Part shown: in pieces, positions 17,431 to 24,000 of the stretch | Layout of the letters: each line of letters opens with the position of its first letter | How positions within the stretch are numbered: position 1 is the stretch's first letter | NCBI RefSeq assembly: GCF_004216715.1 | Contig: NZ_SGXG01000001.1 | Coordinates: 4,848,922 to 4,872,921 of the forward strand | Reading direction: 5' to 3' | Source: Cecembia calidifontis | Lineage (GTDB): Bacteria > Bacteroidota > Bacteroidia > Cytophagales > Cyclobacteriaceae | DNA: 24,000 nucleotides | The notes under the pieces: model-generated | Seen by the model: only the letters and a program-made list of their open reading frames with translations | Databases searched by the model: none | Told to the model about the DNA's origin: nothing | Program-made: the position numbers and the translations under genes

Positions 17431-17464
17431 AAGCGGGAACAACCTTCTCAGATTATTCCCGCTT
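17431..17464 (-). terminator. Hairpin with a minus-strand T-rich tail (possible terminator of a leftward transcript)
   Basis: A perfect 9-bp stem AAGCGGGAA/TTCCCGCTT (17431-17439/17456-17464) encloses a 16-nt loop. Read on the minus strand it is followed by TTGTTTTT. Confidence 0.4.
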
Positions 17465-17776
17465 CGTAATTTGAAAGCCTTGACCCTCAAACTATGCCAA
17501 GCTACAGTTATTTTGACTTTCCCCCAGTTGCCCGGATTCATGGCTTTAGATTTTCAAACCTTGACTTTTCAATCCTTTCGAATCTCAAGCTTGATGTCAA
17601 TGTTTCTGCGGTGTTACCCTTCTCAGACTATCGAATTTATCTCCAGCCCCTTCACAATCACATTTCAGGTTTTCAATCCTTGCCCGGAATTCTACTTCCG
17701 GCCTTTTATCTCTTACTTGATATGATCATAAATAGCATTTAAATAGCTGAAAAACAAAAATTTAAGCAAATTATAT

Positions 17777-17828
17777 TTACCCACAAATTTTCCACACAAA
17801 AACCAAGGATAACCACAATTTATCCACA
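17777..17828 (+). promoter_or_regulatory. Array of four DnaA-box-like 9-mers in direct orientation
   Basis: The 9-mers are TTACCCACA (17777-17785), TTTTCCACA (17788-17796), ATAACCACA (17809-17817) and a perfect TTATCCACA (17820-17828). Start-to-start spacing is 11, 21 and 11 bp. Confidence 0.45.
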
Positions 17829-17862
17829 AAAAAGCTGCCTGGGATTTAATGCAGCTTTTTTG
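17826..17862 (-). terminator. Intrinsic (bidirectional-type) terminator of the TonB-dependent receptor gene
   Basis: Stem AGCTGC/GCAGCT (17833-17838/17851-17856) is flanked by an A-run on the left and a T-run on the right. It lies 20-50 nt beyond the minus-strand stop at 17882. Confidence 0.75.
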
Positions 17863-17881
17863 TCAATTTATCCGATACTTA

Positions 17882-20311
17882 TCAGAGTTTCAAACCAAAT
17901 GTTAGGTAAAAAGTCCTGCCATCAGCTGGCATGATGCCAGGTCCTGGATAACCTCCTGCCCTTCTGGTAAAGTACATTTGATCCGTCAGGTTGTTGATAC
18001 CTGCTTTGAAAATATACCTTTTTGCAAAAATGGCACTTCCTGAGAGGTCCTGCACCTGATAAGCCGGGATGAGACCAACAGTGGCGGCGGCATTGGGCGC
18101 CACGGTATTGGAGGCATCCGCAAAAGCTTCTCCAATATCGCTCAACTGCCAGGTGACCGAGAAGTTTTTCAACTGATAAGTTACACCATAGCGGTTGATT
18201 TTTCTTGGGGCATTTTCCACTCTATTTCCTTTGAGGTTACCCTGCCTGATTTCCCCATCTACAACCGTCGTAGTCATAAAATCCCCATAGCGGGCATCAA
18301 CAAGAGCAAGAGAAGCAAACAGGTGGACATATCCGAATCTGGAGCTTTTCATAAAAGCGGTTATCGGATCAAATTCCACATATCCTTCAAAGCCTTGGCT
18401 TACCGAATTGCCCAAATTAGTCCTGAACTGATTGATGGATCCATTGGGATTCAATTGCGCAATGGTACCAATTCGGTCTGCATATTTGAGGTAGAAATAG
18501 CTGGCATCAAATTTCAGGTAACTGCCTAAACTTCCTCTGTATCCAAAATCAAAATTGTACCCCCTGGAGTCCTGCAGATTTTCATCAATGATATCGGTAG
18601 TCGCAGGTGGGGTAAGATCGGAAATCAATACCGGCCTGTACGCTTGTGAGAAATTGGTATAGAATTCTGTGCTTTTTGTAAGCTTATATTCAGACCCTAC
18701 ACCAAAGAGTAGAAAATTTCTGGTTCTCGACTGTGGACTGAGCAATACTTCCTGTCCATTGACGATATTGAATCTGCCCTCCATATTGGAAAAAATGCTT
18801 TCTAAACGGACACCGGCAGTGGCTAAAAACTTATCCGAAAACCTGAAAATATTTTCAGCAAAGGCTGCATAATTGATATTGGTGAAATCCAGGTCCCTAT
18901 TGTACACACCCCCTTCTATCAAATCAAAATTCATTCTTGTACCTGCATCTCCTTGTCCGTTTTGTTTACGGTCAATTACTCCATTGAAATAGCGTAAACC
19001 TGATGCCAAAGTCTGTTTTTTACCAAAAAGCTGGTAATCGGTAATCATTCTCAATTCAGAACCATAGGTGGTATAAAAATCCCTGTCCAATTGACGGCTG
19101 CCCAGATCGTCTTCCTGATTGATCGGTCTCATAAATCCTACTGAACTTCTTTCAGCAAATGTCCCATAAGCCTTCCAGCTCAATTTGGTGTTTTCTGAAA
19201 CAATATACTCCGCTGTAAGTGCCGGGACAAACCAAGGCGTACTGAACCAGTTTCTTCCTCTGGTGCTTTGTCTTGCGTCCTGTGCAAACTGCTCATCTGT
19301 GAGTCCTCCGGGCTGTTGGCTTTCCATGGTCATGTAAGTCATTTCCAAACCTAATTTCAGTCTATTATTGGCTGCATAATTGACTTCCACGTGAGCGTGG
19401 TCAGTATTGAAATAACCATTTTCTCTCCAGCCATTACCAATCCTTTTCTGATAGTATGCGGTATAGTTCCACTTACCTTCAGTACCCCCTAAATAGTTGA
19501 AAGTACTAAAAAGCCCATTATTACCTACCGTATTCAAAGTTTCGAAAGTAAATCTGGTGGATTTATCCGGCTTTCTCATGACAAAATTCATCAAACCGCC
19601 AAACTGAGGACCATATTGAAGCGAGGAAGCACCTCTTACAATTTCAATCTGCTCGACTACTTCCATTGGAGGGGTAAAGTAAGCTTCAGGATAACCCATT
19701 GGATCTGGAGTAACATCATAGCCGTTCATTCTAACATTGAATTCCCAGGACCGGTTAGGGCTCAATCCTCTGGAAGCAACGCCCAACTGGATACCTGAAC
19801 CGTCATTTTCCCAGATAGAAATTCCTGGTGTACGTCCAAAAATCTGCCTGCTATTATTCATGGCAAGGTTGGCATTAATTTCACCTACCCTTATCACCTC
19901 GTTCTTTCGGGCGGCATTGATTCGGAAATTATCCACCTCTGGCATTTTTTCCTGACCCATAATCCCCCTGCTCACAGAAAATTCAAAGGCATCCAACAAT
20001 AACAAATCCTCCTCCATCACCAAATTCATCTCCTTGGTTTCTCTTTCCTCTATGGAAAAAGTAATAGAAGCATCTTTGAACCCTATCATACTTACACGCA
20101 AAATATAATTTCCCTTTGGAAAATCCCTTAGTATAAAATTACCCGAAGCATCCGTCTGAACTCCCCTCACTGTACCTTGTAAATAAACAGAAGCACCTAC
20201 TACAGGCTGTTGTTTTTCATCCACAATAACCCCCCTCAAAGTATTCTTCTGAGCCTGTACCTGGAAACTTACCAACAGTAAAAGAAGACAAGATGTAAAG
20301 ATGAACCTCAT
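17882..20311 (-). CDS. TonB-dependent outer-membrane receptor (CarboxypepD_reg + plug + beta-barrel)
   Basis: 809-aa ORF with signal peptide MRFIFTSCLLLLLVSFQVQAQ. The N-terminal carboxypeptidase-regulatory-like fold (GVIVDEKQQPVVGASVYLQGT...GNFILRDFPKGNYILRVSMIGF) is followed by plug-like motifs (IEIVRGASSLQYG) and a long Gly/Tyr/Asn-rich barrel. There is no adjacent SusD-like gene. Confidence 0.9.
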   Translation of the reverse strand: MRFIFTSCLLLLLVSFQVQAQKNTLRGVIVDEKQQPVVGASVYLQGTVRGVQTDASGNFILRDFPKGNYILRVSMIGFKDASITFSIEERETKEMNLVMEEDLLLLDAFEFSVSRGIMGQEKMPEVDNFRINAARKNEVIRVGEINANLAMNNSRQIFGRTPGISIWENDGSGIQLGVASRGLSPNRSWEFNVRMNGYDVTPDPMGYPEAYFTPPMEVVEQIEIVRGASSLQYGPQFGGLMNFVMRKPDKSTRFTFETLNTVGNNGLFSTFNYLGGTEGKWNYTAYYQKRIGNGWRENGYFNTDHAHVEVNYAANNRLKLGLEMTYMTMESQQPGGLTDEQFAQDARQSTRGRNWFSTPWFVPALTAEYIVSENTKLSWKAYGTFAERSSVGFMRPINQEDDLGSRQLDRDFYTTYGSELRMITDYQLFGKKQTLASGLRYFNGVIDRKQNGQGDAGTRMNFDLIEGGVYNRDLDFTNINYAAFAENIFRFSDKFLATAGVRLESIFSNMEGRFNIVNGQEVLLSPQSRTRNFLLFGVGSEYKLTKSTEFYTNFSQAYRPVLISDLTPPATTDIIDENLQDSRGYNFDFGYRGSLGSYLKFDASYFYLKYADRIGTIAQLNPNGSINQFRTNLGNSVSQGFEGYVEFDPITAFMKSSRFGYVHLFASLALVDARYGDFMTTTVVDGEIRQGNLKGNRVENAPRKINRYGVTYQLKNFSVTWQLSDIGEAFADASNTVAPNAAATVGLIPAYQVQDLSGSAIFAKRYIFKAGINNLTDQMYFTRRAGGYPGPGIMPADGRTFYLTFGLKL

Positions 20312-20386
20312 ACCAAATTTGCGTTTTTATTTAGATTGATTTAAAATTACAGCACAAACTTAATCTGGAAAAAAATACCAGTCAAT

Positions 20387-20411
20387 ATTTATTTAGATTT
20401 TTTCTAAATAA
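20387..20411. promoter_or_regulatory. 10-bp inverted repeat in the divergent promoter region
   Basis: TTTATTTAGA (20387-20396), a 5-nt spacer, then TCTAAATAAA (20402-20411). The left arm TTTATTTAGATT also occurs as a direct copy at 20326-20337. Confidence 0.3.
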
Positions 20412-20429
20412 AATTAAGCCGTTTGAAAT

Positions 20430-21275
20430 ATGCAGTCAATCTTTCATGGTCGACAATTGATCATCACCACCAAACACGAAAAACACCATGCCATTGCACC
20501 TGTACTTGAAAGGTTATTGGGGGTGAGTTGTGTCCTCTCTTCTGAATTTGATACTGACAGCCTGGGTACATTCAGCGGGGAAATTGAAAGGAAAAAAGAT
20601 GCTTTGGCTACCGTAAGAGAAAAATGCCAGGTAGGTATGAGGGAGGCAAATATCGACCTGGGAGTGGCTACGGAGGGTTCATTTGGCCCGCATCCTTACT
20701 TTCCCTTTATAGCTGGTCATGAGGAAATCATCCTGTTGATTGACCAAAGGCATGGGCTTGAAATCCTGGTCAGGGAATTGACGACCGAAACCAACTTCGA
20801 TGGTTTACAAGTTTCTTCAGAAGAGGATTTGTTAAGATTTGCGGAAAGAACAGGTTTCCCGGAACATGCACTCATTCTTCGCCCCCATAAAGAGGCCAAA
20901 GCTCCGATATACAAAGGGATACATACTGCCGATACACTTTTGCGTCATTTCAAAGCATTGAAAACAGCATTTGGAGATGTTTATGTAGAAACGGATATGC
21001 GGGCTATGCATAATCCTATGAGGATGACATTCATTGAGAAGCTGAGTGATAAGTTGGCTCAAAAAGCGCTCAATAACTGTCCAAACTGTCAGACTCCTGG
21101 CTTTAGCGTGACAGAAAGAATACAAGGACTACCATGTGCCCACTGTGGAAGGCCCACACGGTCGGTATTAAGCCATCTGATGATTTGTGCTGCCTGTTCA
21201 TTTCAAAAAGAAATTCCTTTTCCAAATGAAAAACAAACGGAGGATCCCATGTACTGTGATTTTTGTAATCCTTAA
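20430..21275 (+). CDS. Uncharacterised protein with a C-terminal double zinc-ribbon (four CxxC pairs)
   Basis: 281-aa ORF with clean coding appearance. The C-terminal 65 aa (nt 21078-21272) contain CPNC, CAHC, CAAC and CDFC. I do not recognise the N-terminal ~215 aa (GTFSGEIERK, ATEGSFGPHPYFPF, VETDMRAMHNPMRM) as any characterised family. Confidence 0.7.
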   Translation: MQSIFHGRQLIITTKHEKHHAIAPVLERLLGVSCVLSSEFDTDSLGTFSGEIERKKDALATVREKCQVGMREANIDLGVATEGSFGPHPYFPFIAGHEEIILLIDQRHGLEILVRELTTETNFDGLQVSSEEDLLRFAERTGFPEHALILRPHKEAKAPIYKGIHTADTLLRHFKALKTAFGDVYVETDMRAMHNPMRMTFIEKLSDKLAQKALNNCPNCQTPGFSVTERIQGLPCAHCGRPTRSVLSHLMICAACSFQKEIPFPNEKQTEDPMYCDFCNP

Positions 21276-21305
21276 GAGGATCCGATTTTTTCGGAGATTT
21301 TAATT

Positions 21306-23027
21306 TCAAACTTTGCAGGACTTGCCTATTCCCTGATAGATTACCTGCTCATTTCCGGAATTGTTCCTGAAAACTGTAATTCCCTTGGCCTTATTTTTCC
21401 AAGCTTCACAATAAATCCTTCCAATATCTTTGGGGGAAGCCGTTTCCGGTAGATTAACAGTTTTTGACACGGCATTGTCGGTATGTTTTTGGAAGATCAA
21501 CTGATGCTTAAGGTGCCATTCAGGCTGAATCTCCAGGGCAGTTTTGAAAACAGATCTCAGCTGATAAGGCAAATCCGCAATATGGCCGCATCTACCGCTT
21601 GCCCTGACTTCGGCCAGAATTTCCTGAACAGGGAATCCCCCTTCCTCCACTGCTTTTTTAAACAATGGATGCACTTCTGTAGTCAAAGACCCTGAATTCA
21701 AAACTTTTTTCCTTTGAAAAGCCAGTGCGAATAGGGGCTCAATAGAAGAAGAGGTATCCGCCAAAATTGAAATCGTACCTGTCGGGGCAATACTGTTGAC
21801 TGTAGCATTCCGCATAACCTTTTGGGGATTGAAGGCACTGACCTCCCAGTTGGGAAAACAGCCCCTTTCCAATGCCAATTCATGGGAAGCTTCCTGACTT
21901 ACACGGCAGATAAAGGACATGACCTGATCCCCAAGATGGACAGCTTCCTCTGTATCGTATGGAATCTGAAGCCGCAACAACATCTCCGCCCAACCCATCA
22001 CCCCTAATCCGATTTTCCTGTTAGAAAGGGTTGCTTTCTCTATTTTAATGGTGGGATAATGGTTGACTTCAATGACGTTATCCAAAAACCGGATTCCAGT
22101 TCTGACGGTCTCTTTCAGTTTTTGGTAATCCACCTTCCCATTGCTGACGAATCTGGACAAATTGACCGATCCCAGGTTACAGGATTCGTAATCCAACATG
22201 GGAACTTCTCCGCAGGGATTGGTCGCCCAAATCCTTCCAATTTTAGACAAGGGATTGGCTGCATGAATGGTATCCAGAAAGACCATGCCCGGGTTTCCGT
22301 TTTCCCAGGCCCCTTCCAAAATGGCTTCCCAAACTTCTTTAGCTGGTAAGGTTTGGGCCACTTTTCTAGAATTGGGATGAATGAGTTGCCAATCCCTGCC
22401 CTCGGCCACCGCTTCCATAAAACGGTCGAAAATTCCTACCGAAAGATTGAAATTTTGCAAAGCTTTGCCGTTAACCTTAAGCCGGATGAATTCCAAAATA
22501 TCGGGATGATCCACATTCAGTATCCCCATATTGGCTCCCCTGCGTTTCCCTCCCTGCTTGACCTGTTCTGTAGCAAAATCATAGAGCTTGATAAAAGAAA
22601 CTGGTCCTGATGCATGCCCTCCTTGAGAACCCAGAGGATCGCCTGCCGGCCGGAGCCTTGAAAAGTTGAAACCTGTGCCCCCACCCTTCTGATGTACCAA
22701 AGCCGCCAACTTGAGGGTATCAAAAATTCCAGAAAGGTTATCTTTTACTGGCAATACAAAACAAGCGCTCAATTGAGACTTGGGAAGGCCCGCATTCATC
22801 AGGGTAGGCGAATTGGGCAAAAAAACCAAGGTGGACATCATGTCAAAAAAGAAGCTTTCCCACTTTTCCGCTTCTGCTTTCCCTGACCATTTCAATTCCG
22901 CCTGAGCCACATACTTTGCCACCCTCCGGAGCATTTCTTCCGGGGACTCCAGTTCTTCCCCATTTCCCTTCCTCCAAAGGTATCTTTCTTGTAGGATTCG
23001 GAGAGCATTGTCGGTGAAATTTTCCAT
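21306..23027 (-). CDS. nrdJ: Class II (adenosylcobalamin-dependent) ribonucleotide reductase, short form
   Basis: 573-aa ORF. Its N-terminus is typical of class II RNRs (ALRILQERYL, FLPNSPTLMNAG, SACFVLPV). The active-site TNPCGEVPM has its Cys codon at 22212-22214. SCNLGSVNL is present. There is no ATP-cone, and the protein ends ...KGITVFRNNSGNEQVIYQGIGKSCKV. Confidence 0.9.
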   Translation of the reverse strand: MENFTDNALRILQERYLWRKGNGEELESPEEMLRRVAKYVAQAELKWSGKAEAEKWESFFFDMMSTLVFLPNSPTLMNAGLPKSQLSACFVLPVKDNLSGIFDTLKLAALVHQKGGGTGFNFSRLRPAGDPLGSQGGHASGPVSFIKLYDFATEQVKQGGKRRGANMGILNVDHPDILEFIRLKVNGKALQNFNLSVGIFDRFMEAVAEGRDWQLIHPNSRKVAQTLPAKEVWEAILEGAWENGNPGMVFLDTIHAANPLSKIGRIWATNPCGEVPMLDYESCNLGSVNLSRFVSNGKVDYQKLKETVRTGIRFLDNVIEVNHYPTIKIEKATLSNRKIGLGVMGWAEMLLRLQIPYDTEEAVHLGDQVMSFICRVSQEASHELALERGCFPNWEVSAFNPQKVMRNATVNSIAPTGTISILADTSSSIEPLFALAFQRKKVLNSGSLTTEVHPLFKKAVEEGGFPVQEILAEVRASGRCGHIADLPYQLRSVFKTALEIQPEWHLKHQLIFQKHTDNAVSKTVNLPETASPKDIGRIYCEAWKNKAKGITVFRNNSGNEQVIYQGIGKSCKV

Positions 23028-23336
23028 GCATCAATTTAACATTCTCTTACCACAAATACACATTTTGCCGGCAAGCAAATGATTTCATAAAAAAATCTGA
23101 TATTTGAAAAACATTTTGAAATTTTTGGAACTAAAATCGCCAAACACCCACTGGTCAAAAAAGACAAAAAAGACCATGGTATTTTTACTACATTACTTAT
23201 CCTACTTAATCAAGTCAGAAAAAATCAGCCAACTTAAGGTTAGAAGTTAAACCTGAAAAAGTAGGACTAAGATAAAGAAGAGAAATTCTTCAAAATCTTA
23301 AACTTAACCTGAACCTATAAAGCCTCACCCATCAAA

Positions 23337-24000
23337 GTGAAATCTGCGTACTCCCAAATTTTCCATTCCAAGGGTATAAAAATTCTACTGACCTTAATTT
23401 TTGCGATGACGGTCGGTTCTGTCTTTTCACAACAATCCGGAAAGGGACTGATTAAAGGCACTATAATAGAAAAAGACTCTCAATCAGCTTTACCTTTTGC
23501 CACCGTAACGGTGTACAATGTGGAAAAGGAAATGTTGGCAGGAAGCATCACTGATGCTGATGGGAAATTTGAGATATCCCTGACCTATGGTTCATACTTT
23601 TTTATAGTAGAATTCATGGGTTATGAAGCCTACCAATCTGATCTTTTCACTTTATCAAGAAACAATTCCCCCTTAGATGTTGGAATAATTGAGCTGAGCA
23701 GCGGCTTAAGCCAATTGGACGAAGTGATCATTCAGGGTGAAAAGCCTTTGATGGAATTATCCCTGGACAAAAGAATCTTCAATGTAGGCGAAGACCTCGC
23801 CAATGCAGGCAGGACTACTGCCGATATCCTGATGAACCTGCCTTCAGTGACCGTAGATTCTCAGGGAAATGTCCGGCTCCGCGGTTCAGATAACGTAAGG
23901 ATTCTGGTGGACGGAAAACCTTCAGGACTGGTGAGTTTTAAAGGTAGCCAAGGCTTACAGCAATTGCCTGCGAGTATGGTGGAAAGGGTGGAGATCATTA
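23337..24000 (+). CDS. TonB-dependent receptor (CarboxypepD_reg + plug), 3'-truncated by the window edge
   Basis: This gene is absent from the ORF track because no stop is reached. The frame is open from 23313 to the window end. A GTG at 23337 gives a plausible signal peptide (KSAYSQIFHSKGIKILLTLIFAMTVGSVFSQQ), whereas the first ATG at 23406 would truncate it. The sequence continues GLIKGTIIEKDSQSALPFATVTVYN...GKFEISLTYGSYFFIVEFMGY, then plug motifs (NLPSVTVDSQGNVRLRGSDNVRILVDGKPS). The start codon is uncertain. Confidence 0.8.
   Translation, partial: MKSAYSQIFHSKGIKILLTLIFAMTVGSVFSQQSGKGLIKGTIIEKDSQSALPFATVTVYNVEKEMLAGSITDADGKFEISLTYGSYFFIVEFMGYEAYQSDLFTLSRNNSPLDVGIIELSSGLSQLDEVIIQGEKPLMELSLDKRIFNVGEDLANAGRTTADILMNLPSVTVDSQGNVRLRGSDNVRILVDGKPSGLVSFKGSQGLQQLPASMVERVEII

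Noticed and set aside
17471-17742. Two overlapping plus-strand ORFs (84 and 82 aa) in the gfo/TonB-receptor spacer
   Set aside because: They overlap each other in different frames and are Phe/Leu/Ser/Pro-rich low-complexity sequences. They are best explained by pyrimidine-rich non-coding DNA.
17718-17862. Calling the DnaA-box array the chromosomal origin (oriC)
   Set aside because: There are only four boxes, two of them imperfect. Flanking genes converge on the site instead of diverging, and no dnaA or dnaN is nearby. It is kept as a finding to test, not annotated as oriC.
21281-21295. Small hairpin TCCGA-TTTTT-TCGGA between the convergent zinc-ribbon gene and nrdJ as a bidirectional terminator
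   Set aside because: The stem is only 5 bp, too weak to support as a feature, although its position between two stop codons is suggestive.
21103-21309. Minus-strand 68-aa ORF as a frameshifted continuation of nrdJ supplying a missing Cys-rich tail
   Set aside because: It is antisense to the well-formed zinc-ribbon gene, contains no cysteines and has no RNR-like sequence. nrdJ ends at a clean TGA (21306-21308).
23028-23336. Cobalamin riboswitch upstream of the TonB-dependent receptors or nrdJ (also 20312..20429)
   Set aside because: Two receptors flank a B12-dependent RNR, so B12 uptake was considered. The spacers are AT-rich and lack the G-rich conserved cores and B12-box of the cobalamin riboswitch. 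The 118-bp spacer is also too short. CACCCACTGG at about 23146 is only a superficial resemblance.
1-24000. Mobile elements, CRISPR arrays, rRNA/tRNA genes and defence or toxin-antitoxin systems
   Set aside because: I looked for transposase or integrase-like ORFs, long terminal inverted repeats, regularly spaced direct repeats, tRNA-like cloverleaf signatures and typical defence-gene motifs. None was found, and composition appears uniform apart from AT-rich or C-rich spacers.

Overview
The window reads as ordinary chromosomal DNA, probably from a Bacteroidota bacterium. That guess rests only on signal peptides ending in AQ or a lipobox Cys, CarboxypepD_reg-type TonB-dependent receptors and no obvious Shine-Dalgarno sequences. 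I support 19 protein-coding genes, two of them cut by the window edges.

- Exported sugar and polysaccharide enzymes (1-7596): a xylose-isomerase-like TIM barrel, a PQQ-type sugar dehydrogenase fused to PKD, cytochrome c and CBM-like domains, an alpha/beta hydrolase, a PhyH-type dioxygenase and a formylglycine-type sulfatase.
- Putative purine and MTA salvage genes (7740-10851): an EamA transporter, an AzgA-type purine permease and a signal-peptide-bearing MTA/SAH nucleosidase.
- Oxygen-related genes (10991-17302): a 1-Cys peroxiredoxin, a Crp/Fnr regulator, a small membrane ORF with cydA and cydB, DoxX and a Tat-exported Gfo/Idh/MocA oxidoreductase.
- Right end (17882-24000): two TonB-dependent receptors flanking an uncharacterised four-CxxC protein and a short class II (B12-dependent) ribonucleotide reductase.

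I saw no rRNA, tRNA, CRISPR array, transposase, integrase or recognisable defence genes. I found no clear novel multi-gene system.

The observations most worth a second look are:
- a helically phased array of DnaA-box-like sites beside an AT-rich tract
- two long C-rich, G-poor convergent spacers carrying short repeats
- an FNR-like palindrome between the crp-family gene and the cyd operon
- the exported nucleosidase translationally coupled to the purine permease
- the tail-less NrdJ next to the orphan zinc-ribbon protein

All functional calls rest on motifs read by eye. No database search was possible.
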